From Candidatus Peribacter riflensis (lineage in GTDB: Bacteria > Patescibacteriota > Gracilibacteria > Peribacterales > Peribacteraceae), in contig CP013062.1 in assembly GCA_001430755.1 (NCBI GenBank), forward strand, positions 210,001 through 242,000: a stretch of 32,000 nt of DNA, in the 5' to 3' direction. The notes beneath the pieces were generated by a model. That model was not told the origin of the DNA and searched no databases. It saw only the letters and a list, made by a program, of their open reading frames with translations. A program made the position numbers and the translations under genes. Position 1 is the stretch's first letter, and each line of letters begins with the position of its first letter. Shown here one piece after another: positions 13,874 to 23,000 of this stretch.

Positions 13874-14002
13874 CAAACTCCCTCTCCCATCGGGAGAGGG
13901 GCGGGGAGAGGGGAGGCTCAAATGTGTTATCCCATCTTGATCTCCAGCCTTCGCTCCGCGAAGCGGAGCTACGGCCGGCAGGCGATACCACGCCGTGGGG
14001 AA

Positions 14003-14494
14003 TCAGCCCATCTTAATTTCGATATCCACGCCGGAGGGCAGGCTCAGAGATTGCAGGCTCTCCATGGTTTTGAACGTGGTCTCTTTGAGGTCGATCAGGC
14101 GGCGGTGCGTGCGCATCTCAAACTGATCGCGCGCGTCTTTGTGCACGAAGGTCGAGCGGTTCACGGTGAACTTGCGGATCTTGGTGGGCAGGGGAATGGG
14201 CCCGTGGATCACGGCGCCGCTGCGCTCAGCCGTGTCGATGATCTTGGCGGCTGCCTCATCCAGAACCGTGTGATCGAAGGCGCTCAGGCGGATGCGGATC
14301 GACGGGGGCGACTTTACGACATGCGCTGGGGCAGTTTTCTTCTCCGAAACAACCACGGTCTCCTTTTTCCCTGCCGGCTGAAGCTTCAGCGAAGGCTGGG
14401 GGGCATCCGGCTTCTTCGCTGTGGAAGGAGCTTTTTTGACTTCCTTCTTCGCGGAGGCAGGTTTCTTGGCCGGAACCTTCTTTGGGGGAACCAT
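14003..14494 (-). CDS. rpsJ: 30S ribosomal protein S10 with an N-terminal extension of about 60 aa rich in Lys, Ala and Pro
   Basis: The C-terminal 98 aa match S10 ([10 protein letters not shown]...GPIPLPTK...[17 protein letters not shown]...GVDIEIKMG). No alternative start lies near the core, so the extension [29 protein letters not shown]... appears to be translated. Confidence 0.9.
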   Translation of the reverse strand: MVPPKKVPAKKPASAKKEVKKAPSTAKKPDAPQPSLKLQPAGKKETVVVSEKKTAPAHVVKSPPSIRIRLSAFDHTVLDEAAAKIIDTAERSGAVIHGPIPLPTKIRKFTVNRSTFVHKDARDQFEMRTHRRLIDLKETTFKTMESLQSLSLPSGVDIEIKMG

Positions 14495-14565
14495 GGGAGA
14501 GGAGGGGAGAAAGAGCAGAGTGAAAACCGCAGGGGGAGGGGTGCCTCCCCCGAACGGATGGATTG

Positions 14566-15747
14566 CTATTCAAGGACCTTGGTCACCACGCCGGAGCCGA
14601 CCGTGCGGCCGCCTTCGCGGATGGCGAAGCGGGTTCCTTCATTCAGGGCGATCGGAGCGCCGAGCGTGACGACGAACTTCACGTTGTCACCCGGCATGAC
14701 CATTTCCACGTTTTCGGGCAGCTCGACTGCGCCGGTCACGTCGGTCGTACGGAGGTAGAACTGCGGCTTGTAGCCCTTGAAGAAGGGCGTGTGGCGACCA
14801 CCTTCCTCCTTGGTGAGGATGTACACCTCGGCGTCGAACTTGGTGTGCGGGGTGATGGAGCCGGGCTTGGCCAGCACCTGGCCGCGCTCGATATCTTCGC
14901 GCTCAATACCGCGCAGGAGCAGGCCTACGTTATCGCCGGCCATTCCTTCGTCCAGGAGCTTGTGGAACATTTCCACACCCGTGACGACGGTCTTGCGGGT
15001 CGGCTTGATGCCGACGACCTCGACCTCTTCGTTGATCTTCACCTTGCCCTGCTCGATACGACCCGTAGCCACGGTGCCGCGTCCCTTGATGGAGAAGACG
15101 TCTTCCACGGACATCAGGAAAGGCTTGTCGGTCTGGCGCTCAGGAATGGGGATCCACTCATCGAGCGTTTCGAGGAGCTTTTTCAGGTTGTCGATCTGGG
15201 CCTGGTCGCCTTCGAGAGCCTTGAGGGCAGAGCCCCGGATAATCGGTGTCTTGTCACCCGGGAACTCGTACTTGGTGAGGAGCTCGCGCACTTCGGTCTC
15301 CACCAGGTCAATGAGCTCAGGGTCCGTCACGAGATCGATTTTGTTGAGGTAGACCACGATGTACGGCACGTTCACCTGGCGGGCCAGAAGAATGTGCTCG
15401 CGGGTCTGGGGCATGGGTCCGTCCGCAGCCGAGACCACAAGAATGGCACCGTCCATTTGAGCGGCACCGGTGATCATGTTCTTCACGTAGTCGGCGTGCC
15501 CCGGGCAGTCCACGTGCGCGTAGTGGCGCTTGGAGGACTCGTACTCCACGTGCGCGGTGTTGATGGTGATGCCGCGCTCTTTCTCTTCAGGGGCATTGTC
15601 GATGTCGGCGTAGCCCTTCTTCTCGCCTTCCGGAGAGAAATTGAGGGAGAGAGCTGCAGTGAGCGTGGTCTTACCATGGTCGACGTGACCAATGGTGCCG
15701 ACGTTCACGTGCGGCTTGCTGCGGTCAAATTTCTTCTGCTCTGCCAT
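14566..15747 (-). CDS. tuf: Elongation factor Tu
   Basis: Full-length EF-Tu: [23 protein letters not shown], and the C-terminal beta-barrel motifs. Confidence 0.97.
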   Translation of the reverse strand: MAEQKKFDRSKPHVNVGTIGHVDHGKTTLTAALSLNFSPEGEKKGYADIDNAPEEKERGITINTAHVEYESSKRHYAHVDCPGHADYVKNMITGAAQMDGAILVVSAADGPMPQTREHILLARQVNVPYIVVYLNKIDLVTDPELIDLVETEVRELLTKYEFPGDKTPIIRGSALKALEGDQAQIDNLKKLLETLDEWIPIPERQTDKPFLMSVEDVFSIKGRGTVATGRIEQGKVKINEEVEVVGIKPTRKTVVTGVEMFHKLLDEGMAGDNVGLLLRGIEREDIERGQVLAKPGSITPHTKFDAEVYILTKEEGGRHTPFFKGYKPQFYLRTTDVTGAVELPENVEMVMPGDNVKFVVTLGAPIALNEGTRFAIREGGRTVGSGVVTKVLE

Positions 15748-15927
15748 AACAAAGGAGGGAAAAGGGGAATATCAGAAGCACTCTAGCTTCATTTTGCCCG
15801 AAAAGTCTAGGGAGAATGCAAGGGGGAGTCAACGGATTCAAGGTCAAAATGAGGGTTAGGAGGAGGATGGAGCGGGCAGGATTCCTGAGACTTCGCGCAG
15901 GGTAGAGCTCTCCGATATGCTCGGCCT

Positions 15928-16896
15928 ATGCGGCGATCAGAGCGCATTTCGGCCTTCGCAGAGACGATGTGGGATTGGTATCTCGTCCACAAGAGGCGCC
16001 TTCCCTGGCGCGACCTCCGCACAGCAGACGCGAGCGAACGGGCGTGCCGCATTCTTGTTTCCGAAGTCATGCTCCAGCAGACACAGGTGGAGCGGGTGAA
16101 GGAGATCTATATCCGCTTCCTGAAGGAATTTCCAACGCTGCATGCTCTTGCGAGCGCGTCGAGTCGCGCAGTGATTATCGCGTGGCGCGGCATGGGCTAT
16201 AACAGCCGCGCGCTTCGGCTCCGTGATGCCGCACGGAAGATTGTGGAGGAGTGCGGTGGCATTTTTCCAGACAGTCTCGAGGCATTGGAATCGATCAAAG
16301 GCATCGGACACTACACGGCTGCTGCCATCCGAAACTTCGCCTTCAATCTGCCCACGCCGTGTATCGACACGAACATCCGCCGCATCCTGCACCGCACGTT
16401 CGTGGGGCCCGAAAGGCCGGATGGGACCTGGAAAAAAGATGATCGATATCTGTTGAAAATTGCAGAAGAGACATTGGATGCAGCCATGGATGGAGGGCGC
16501 GATCACGATGCGCGAAATTGGCATGCGGCATTGATGGACTTTGGCTCCCTCGTGCAGACGAAGAAGAATCCTCGGTGGGACCTTTGTCCGCTCACGGCGA
16601 AGGGAATCATGAAAGCCACCAGTGCGAATTTCCCGAAGTCCGAGGTCCGAAGTCCGAAATCCGAGCCTGGTCGCAAGATCGCCAGCCGCTTCGTCCCGAA
16701 CCGGATCATGCGTGGCAGGATTGTCGGAGCCCTGCGCGACGCACCGTCGGGCATTACGCTCGACGCACTCGGCAGGTGCGTGGCGGCCGATTGGTCCCAT
16801 GCACAGCACCGTCAGTGGCTGCAGGGGCTGCTCCGAAAGCTGGAACAGGAGAAACTGGTCGCCCGACGGGGGGCGGCCTACGTTCTCCACGGATGA
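15928..16896 (+). CDS. MutY-like HhH-GPD DNA glycosylase with degenerate Fe-S loop and a C-terminal winged-helix-like domain instead of a NUDIX-like domain
   Basis: LPWR, VSEVMLQQTQV, the HhH motif LESIKGIGHYTAAAI and the catalytic-Asp region CIDTNIRRIL. Only one of the four expected cluster cysteines is present (HAALMDFGSLVQTKKNPRWDLCPL). A heptamer repeat is inserted at 16632-16666. Confidence 0.75.
   Translation: MRRSERISAFAETMWDWYLVHKRRLPWRDLRTADASERACRILVSEVMLQQTQVERVKEIYIRFLKEFPTLHALASASSRAVIIAWRGMGYNSRALRLRDAARKIVEECGGIFPDSLEALESIKGIGHYTAAAIRNFAFNLPTPCIDTNIRRILHRTFVGPERPDGTWKKDDRYLLKIAEETLDAAMDGGRDHDARNWHAALMDFGSLVQTKKNPRWDLCPLTAKGIMKATSANFPKSEVRSPKSEPGRKIASRFVPNRIMRGRIVGALRDAPSGITLDALGRCVAADWSHAQHRQWLQGLLRKLEQEKLVARRGAAYVLHG
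16632..16666 (+). repeat. Stop-free heptamer tandem repeat (CCGARNT, 5 units) inside the MutY-like CDS
   Basis: Reads ccgaagt/ccgaggt/ccgaagt/ccgaaat/ccgagcc and translates as PKSEVRSPKSEP. It has the same 7-nt periodic build as the intergenic hairpin arms, but no TAA/TAG and no obvious partner arm. Confidence 0.6.
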
Positions 16897-19800
16897 TCAA
16901 TACGTGATGATTTTCGGGACCGGCACGGAGGTGCCGCGGGTGCAGACGTCGGGATTGGGAGTCTTGTTGCAGACCCACCCCGCTTCGTACTTGCACGCTG
17001 CGCTGCAGCCGTCGCCGCTGTTCTTGTTGCCATCGTCGCAGTCTTCGTACAGATCCCAGCGGCCGTTGCCGCACGTTCCCCGGCTGCAGCTCGAGGGGCG
17101 GTCCTTGAACACTGCGCACGAGAAGCCGGATTCCACCTTGCAGTCTCCACCGCATCCGTCGTTGCCGACAACATTGGCATCGTCACACTGTTCTCCGGTA
17201 TCCACCTTGCCGTTGCCGCACAGCGTGCGTGTGCAGACAGATTTCTGGCCGTAGACCTTGGTACAGGAAAAACCGCCCTGTGTGAGGCACTTGTAACAGC
17301 CGTCTCCTGAGGCGGAATTTCCATCGTCACACCACTCCGGCTGCTCCATGATGCCGTTACCGCATACGGCGAGTGGCCTGCTGCTCGAGCTCGACACACA
17401 CTGGTGGGTGAAGAGCAGGGGAACTTTCTGCCAGCCGATCTGGTGATTGATGATGTTGCCCACCGGCGTCCTCTGCCGGATGAAGATCGGCTTCAATTCA
17501 AAGATCATCGAGGTCGGGTCGATGCAGCTCTTGCTCGTGCTAAACTTGCTGCGATTGATCCGGAAAGTGAAGGGGAAAGAGAACTTCCTGCCCGGCGTTG
17601 CCGGAGTAATGGCGGGCACGGGGCAGGTGAAGTAGACGGGGTATCCCGAGATGCCGCCGGAGGGATAGCTCCTCTTGCAGGTGGGCGGGTAGGAGAGCAC
17701 CTCAGGGCCGCTCATGATCCACGAGACCGTGAATTCTGTGGCCTTGTCGAAGAGGTCTCCTGTGTTCTCGACGACTGCTGTCAGTGTATAGGGAGTATCG
17801 ACGGGGCCGTAGGTGGGGCCTTCGACTTTCAACGTAAGCGCGGGCTGCGGGATGGTGTCGCCGGGATAGATGATATCTGGGTGGAGAGTGGCAGAATCTT
17901 CGGGGCTGGGGCCCGGCTCAGGCTGTGGTTCGATCGGGGCAGCGGGAGCATTTGCACACGTGCACGCATCCACGATGCACCGGCCGCTCATGCAGCTCAT
18001 ATACGTTGTGCACTGGCCTCCTCTGGCGGCCCCCTGGCAGCAGACTGGGGGGAGGCTGCAGCCATTGGCGTCCTTGCCGATCTGCGGAAAGAGCACGCCG
18101 TCGTGGCATGCGGGCGGGGGGGAAGAAGGACAGGACGGGAGAGAGCAGGAACAGTTCTGGAAGTTGCACGTTTGCTGTGGGCAGGGGGCGACGAAGCAGT
18201 TGATCGGCGGGCAGGCAACGCCCACTTCGCACTGCTCGTTCCCTTCACGGATGCCGTTGCCGCACGCCGCAAGCGGCCTGCTGCTCGAGCTCGAAGGACA
18301 CTTGTGCGTGAAGAGCAGCGGCACTTTCTGCCGGCCGATCTGGTGATTGATAATGTTGCCCACAGGTGTTCGCTGCCGGATGATGATGGGCTTCAATTCA
18401 AAGATCATCGAGGTCGGATCGACACAGGTATTTCTGCCAGTGAATTTGCTGCGGTTGAGCCGGAAGGTGAAGGGAAAGGACAACTGCCTTCCTGGTGTTG
18501 CGGGGGTGATGGCCGGTACGGGGCAGGTGAAGTAGACGGGGTATCCCGAGATGCCGCCGGAGGGATAGCTCCTCTTGCAGGTGGGCGGGTAGGAGAGCAC
18601 CTCAGGGCCGCTCATGATCCACGAGACCGTGAATTCTGTGGCCTTGTCGAAGAGGTCTCCTGTGTTCTCGACGACTGCTGTCAGTGTATAGGGAGTATCG
18701 ACGGGGCCGTAGGTGGGGCCTTCGATCTTGAGTTTGAGTTTGGGCTGTGGGATGACATCGCCGGTGTAGATTATATCGGAGTACAGGTCCCCGCCCGCAG
18801 ACGGAGAGGAGGCAGAGTACGTGGGGCACGGCACATTCAGAGGAACAGAGATCATGGTGCCGTTCGGGCCCTGGCAATCACGGTGGGTTGGCAGCACGCC
18901 CGCAAAGGAGCTGGAACTGGCAATGACAGAAGTGCCGCAGGTGGGCTGCCGCGAGCTTGGTACGAACATGACGGCATCGATGGCGAACTGGGCATTGCGC
19001 GGTGCGCCATTCTCCGCGTACAGAAAGACGCCGAGGTAGCTGTAGTCTTTGGTGATGTTCAGATTGCCGAAGTACTGCCACTTTCTGCCGTTGCACGTCC
19101 AGCTGGGGGTGGGGCTGCTCTGCTGGTTGATGGTTGCGCGGGTATAACGGGCGTCCTCGGTCGGTGTCGAGAGGAGCCCAAAGGAGCGGTCGATTTCAAG
19201 GGTGACCTGGCGCGAGAAGCCGGAACTCGGTTCCCATGTGGCGTACATGCTGTAATCGCCCTCAGGAACTCTCGTGACAGACCACCCGCCCCATTCGAGA
19301 GGCCGGTTCCAGTCCTGCGGACCGGAGGCATGCACGTGTTGAGACCCCATGTGGCCCGCGGTGCTGGTCGACCAGCTGCCGAGGTACGACATGAAGCCGC
19401 GGTCGCTGTTGTCGAGCACGATGTCTGCGCGGTTGGCCAGGGCGAGGGAAGCCGCTGCAGCCGAGGCCGAAGCCGCCGTGGCGGTCAGGGTACAATGCGA
19501 AGGCGACCCGGTGCAGGTCCACCCCTCCCGGATGGAACAGCCTTCCGTGCATCCGTCGGAATTTTCGCTGGAATTTCCGGTATCGCACTGTTCACCGCTA
19601 TCCACTTTGCCGTCGCCGCAGTAGCCGTAGCAGTTCATTTGTGCATCACACCTGCCGGTGAGGATACGGTTCCCGCTCAGGCAGCCCACGATGCATAGCT
19701 GGCCCGCGCGGGTGCACCCGCCCGTGCGGCCGTAGGTATTGCCGCAGCGGAAATTCGTGTTGGGCGCCTGACATCTGCACTGCAGACATTCCTGCGAAGC

Positions 19801-19989
19801 GGGGCAGGTGCCCAGACCGGGTTCCATGCACGTTTCGCCCACATCAATCGTTCCGTTCCCGCAGGAGGCGGGAATGGCCTGAGACCTCCACAGCGCCGTG
19901 GGCTCCACAATGATGAGCACGACCGCCAACAGCGCAAAGAGGCCGATGGGGAGGATGAGCGAGCGAAGGCGCAGGAGGCGGGGGACCAT
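16897..19989 (-). CDS. Large secreted or anchored cysteine-rich modular surface protein (about 1030 aa)
   Basis: N-terminal hydrophobic anchor or signal (LLRLRSLILPIGLFALLAVVLIIV). Multiple CGNG..D.GE.CDDGN...GDGC..C repeats of the Myxococcus-type cysteine-rich repeat pattern. One golvesin-C-like putative glycan-binding domain (VLDNSDRGF...AIDAVMFVP). Two copies of a beta-sandwich-like domain of about 175 aa. Start is either ATG 19989 or ATG 20034; its stop abuts the MutY-like stop. Confidence 0.85.
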   Translation of the reverse strand: MVPRLLRLRSLILPIGLFALLAVVLIIVEPTALWRSQAIPASCGNGTIDVGETCMEPGLGTCPASQECLQCRCQAPNTNFRCGNTYGRTGGCTRAGQLCIVGCLSGNRILTGRCDAQMNCYGYCGDGKVDSGEQCDTGNSSENSDGCTEGCSIREGWTCTGSPSHCTLTATAASASAAAASLALANRADIVLDNSDRGFMSYLGSWSTSTAGHMGSQHVHASGPQDWNRPLEWGGWSVTRVPEGDYSMYATWEPSSGFSRQVTLEIDRSFGLLSTPTEDARYTRATINQQSSPTPSWTCNGRKWQYFGNLNITKDYSYLGVFLYAENGAPRNAQFAIDAVMFVPSSRQPTCGTSVIASSSSFAGVLPTHRDCQGPNGTMISVPLNVPCPTYSASSPSAGGDLYSDIIYTGDVIPQPKLKLKIEGPTYGPVDTPYTLTAVVENTGDLFDKATEFTVSWIMSGPEVLSYPPTCKRSYPSGGISGYPVYFTCPVPAITPATPGRQLSFPFTFRLNRSKFTGRNTCVDPTSMIFELKPIIIRQRTPVGNIINHQIGRQKVPLLFTHKCPSSSSSRPLAACGNGIREGNEQCEVGVACPPINCFVAPCPQQTCNFQNCSCSLPSCPSSPPPACHDGVLFPQIGKDANGCSLPPVCCQGAARGGQCTTYMSCMSGRCIVDACTCANAPAAPIEPQPEPGPSPEDSATLHPDIIYPGDTIPQPALTLKVEGPTYGPVDTPYTLTAVVENTGDLFDKATEFTVSWIMSGPEVLSYPPTCKRSYPSGGISGYPVYFTCPVPAITPATPGRKFSFPFTFRINRSKFSTSKSCIDPTSMIFELKPIFIRQRTPVGNIINHQIGWQKVPLLFTHQCVSSSSSRPLAVCGNGIMEQPEWCDDGNSASGDGCYKCLTQGGFSCTKVYGQKSVCTRTLCGNGKVDTGEQCDDANVVGNDGCGGDCKVESGFSCAVFKDRPSSCSRGTCGNGRWDLYEDCDDGNKNSGDGCSAACKYEAGWVCNKTPNPDVCTRGTSVPVPKIITY
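17350..17880 (-). repeat. Intragenic duplicated segment, copy 1 (about 530 bp)
   Basis: Aligns at a fixed +900 bp offset with 18250-18780. Positions 17618-17825 are 100% identical to 18518-18725 (208 bp); the flanks are diverged. Confidence 0.9.
18250..18780 (-). repeat. Intragenic duplicated segment, copy 2 (about 530 bp)
   Basis: Partner of 17350-17880. Encodes DIIYTGDVIPQPKLKLKIEGPTYGPVDTPYTLTAVVENTGDLFDKATEFTVSWIMSGPEVL..., close to the corresponding peptide of copy 1. Confidence 0.9.
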
Positions 19990-20011
19990 AGGAGGACGAA
20001 GGAAAAAAGAA

Positions 20012-23000
20012 TTACTGGCAGGTGCACGATTCAATGAAGCACGAACCGTTACCGCACTTCAGATTGATCGAGCACTGGGCCTGCGGATTATTTGCGCCAT
20101 TGCAGCAGACAGGCGGCTGTGGACAACCATTGGGGCCGGGACCCAGCTGCGGCACCAGCACGCCGTTCGGGCAGTAGGGAGGGGAGAGGGCAGGGCAGAT
20201 GGTCTGGCAATCCTGCGGACAGTTACACAAGTTCTCTCCCGGCCCGCACTGGCCGTTGCCGCAGCGCGCGCAGGTGAATGAACCTCCTGTCAAGAGACAC
20301 GAGCCATTAGGACCGACACGATCACTTGAGATCTGTTGCAGGCCGGCGCAACAGGGCGGGGGGAACTGCACGACCGGTCCGGTCTTGCCTTCCTGAATAC
20401 AGGCTTGAGCGGAAGAGGATCCGCCAGCGACGCACCGGCAGTTCTGCTGGTCGCACACGAGCCCCTTCAGCGGACACTTGTCGTAGTTGAGGCTGGGTTC
20501 GCACTGGCTGTCTTCTTGGGGATCCAGCCAGCCGTTACCGCAGGTCGGGCCTGGAGGAGAGCAGTCTTGTGGGCAATTGCAGTGGTTCTCCCACTCTTCG
20601 CACGTGCCGTTGCCGCAGTCGGTGCAGAGTAATCCGCCGACTGGGAGCTCCGTCGGACATGAGCCGTCCGGCTGGGGAACGGATCCCGGATTCACTCCCG
20701 TGAGGTCCGGGCAACAGGCGGCGCCGGGAATGACTGGAGCTGTTTTCCCTGCAGGAGTGCAGTCCGGGCAATCCTGTTCACAGGTGCACTTATCCTCGCC
20801 CGTACCACAGGTGCCATTACCGCACGTCTGCCACCAATTGTCGATGCACGTGCCCAGAGAACCGTTATCAGGAGCCACACACATGTCACCGACAAGGGTG
20901 CTGCTCGGTCGGATGCCCGCGTTCCTGCTGCAGCAGCTGGTGGGGCCGAAGACGGAGGAGGAGTAGACGGTCTCGCCATTGTTCGCGCAGCCTGCGGAGG
21001 AGGAAGAAGAGGAACTGCGGGGGACGCAACGGCAGCAAGATCCCATGCAAGAGCTGAGATCTCCGCATGCGTCGGTGCATTCAAGCTGGCCGTTGAAGCA
21101 GTCGAGCGGGATGTGCTCGCACTGGTTGTTCACCTTCTGGGCGAGACACTGGTAGCCGCTGGGGCAGTTTTGCCAGTACCCTGCAGAGGAACTGGAAGAG
21201 GAAGAAGGTCCGGTTCCCGGGAACCACGCGTACGCGCCTTTACCGCCGTCTCCCACCCCCACGAACTTGCCGGCACCATAGGTGACGGACAGATAATTTT
21301 CCGAGAATCCCTGCTGCAGGCTGCCGACGACATTCCGCACCCACGTCTGGCCGTCGGCGGAGTAGGCCCCTGCGCCCGACATGCCCACCGCCACAAACCT
21401 GCCATTGCCGTAGGTGATGCCGTGCAGGATGGACGAATCCACTTTCATGTCCGCAATTCCCGTCCAGCGGATCCCATCGGTCGAGTACGTACCCTTGTTT
21501 TCCTCTCCCACCGCCACAAACCTGCCATTGCCGTAGGTGATTGCGTTGAGGAACGTCGTTCCGACTTGCAAATCACTAATGGCCGTCCATGTGGCGCCGT
21601 CCGTGGAATAGGATCCTTTGCCATTCGGTCCCACCGCCACGAATTTTCCGTTGCCGTAGGTGACATCGAACAGGTGTTCGCCATAGCTCCTGGTGTCTCC
21701 GATGGCCGTCCAATTGATGCCGTTGACCGAGTAGGCGCCTCTGCCCGAGTTGCCCACTGCCACGAACTTTCCATTGCCGTACGTGACGGAGAGCAGGGAG
21801 GTTGATCCCACCTTCATGTCACTGATGGCCGTCCAATTGATGCCGTCCGTGGAATAGGCGCCTTTTCCTGAGGTGCCCACCGCCACGAATGTGTTGCCAT
21901 TGTACGCGACGGAAGCGAGCGGGCTCGTTCCGACGCGCATGTCACTCACCCTGGTCCAGGGCATGAAAGCTGCGGGCGAGCGTTCGCAGATGCTGGGCTG
22001 GCCGCTACAGGTCCATCCGCTCTCGATCTGGCAGCTCGCCGAGCAGCCGTCTCCAGCGCGGGTGTTCTGGTCGTCACACTGTTCGTTCCCTTCGATGCCT
22101 CCATTGCCGCAGGTCGGACCGCCTGCCGCACCTGTGGCGAGCACTTTGCCGTTTCGTCCGTTGCCGCCGATGTAGTAGTCGCTCACCGTACCCAGCATCC
22201 ACAGTTCCCCCTGGTGAGAGACGGCCTGATCGGGCACGAAGTCGTTGAGGCCCGAAGGCAGTGCTCCGGAAACAATCTGCCAGTCCGTTCCGTTCCGGGT
22301 GACCGCAGCCGATCCGGCGAACGAGCCCGTTTTGCCGATGAGCCAGATAGAGCCGTTGTGCGTCACGGGACGCAGCAGACGGGCGTTGGCGGTCTGGGAG
22401 GGGAGGGTAGACACCTGCGTCCAGGAAGAGCCGTTGTTCGACATGTACACCTTGCGCGTACTCGAGCGGTCCAGGATGAAGAGACTGTCGCCGATTGTGA
22501 AGGCGTCATCTTTGGTGACGTGGAAGGGCAGGTCCGGCTGTATGCGAGCCCAGCTTCCGCCATCGTGCACATAGATTTCTCTGGAGGGACGTGCGACGGC
22601 TGTCTGTCCGATGAGTGAGCTGATCAGAGAGCCGAAGAGGGAACCTGAGAAGGGCGAAGCTTTGTCGGAGCCGCCGAGCAGGTAGGTGCGATTCCCCACG
22701 CGCAGCGCTGCAGCATCGTAACGGGGAACCGGGAGAGCGAGATCAGGGTTGCTCCTGAAGCCGACCGTCAGAAGGTTGGGGGTTTCGAACGCCCAATGTG
22801 CCACGCTGCTTTCATCGGCGAGACCGCCGAGCAGGAGGGCGCCGACCTCACCCAACTTCAGTGAGGCGGCATTCGAGAGCGGCTGTGGCAGAGAGGCGAC
22901 TCTGCGCCACGAGAGCCCATTGTCAGAGCGGAATTCATCATCAGACTGTCCCCAGAAATCCTTGCCGCCGACGATGTAGAGATAGTTACCGTTGCTGAAG

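Noticed and set aside
13880-13900. Perfect 9-bp/3-nt-loop hairpin ccctctccc-atc-gggagaggg after rnc, considered as an intrinsic terminator feature.
   Set aside because: No U-tract follows on either strand, so a canonical Rho-independent terminator cannot be asserted. It is mentioned only as part of the GC-rich motif family between the convergent rnc and rpsJ genes.
17618-18725. The 208-bp identical repeat pair as a diversity-generating retroelement TR/VR pair.
   Set aside because: DGR TR/VR pairs differ specifically at template adenines and need a nearby reverse transcriptase and a non-coding TR. Here the core is 100% identical, both copies are coding and in-frame within one gene, flank differences are not adenine-specific, and no RT gene is in the window.
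17404-19698. 764-aa plus-strand ORF, and other long ORFs antisense to well-supported genes: 14563-15786 opposite tuf, 15937-16890 opposite the MutY-like gene, 8463-9443 opposite glgP, 5024-5722 opposite ansA, 26743-27945 opposite rny, 690-1622 opposite UDG and its upstream gene.
   Set aside because: In GC-rich DNA the antisense frames of real genes are often stop-free. These translations are R/G/A/H-rich with low-complexity character and no recognisable motifs, while the opposite strand encodes proteins with unambiguous family signatures.
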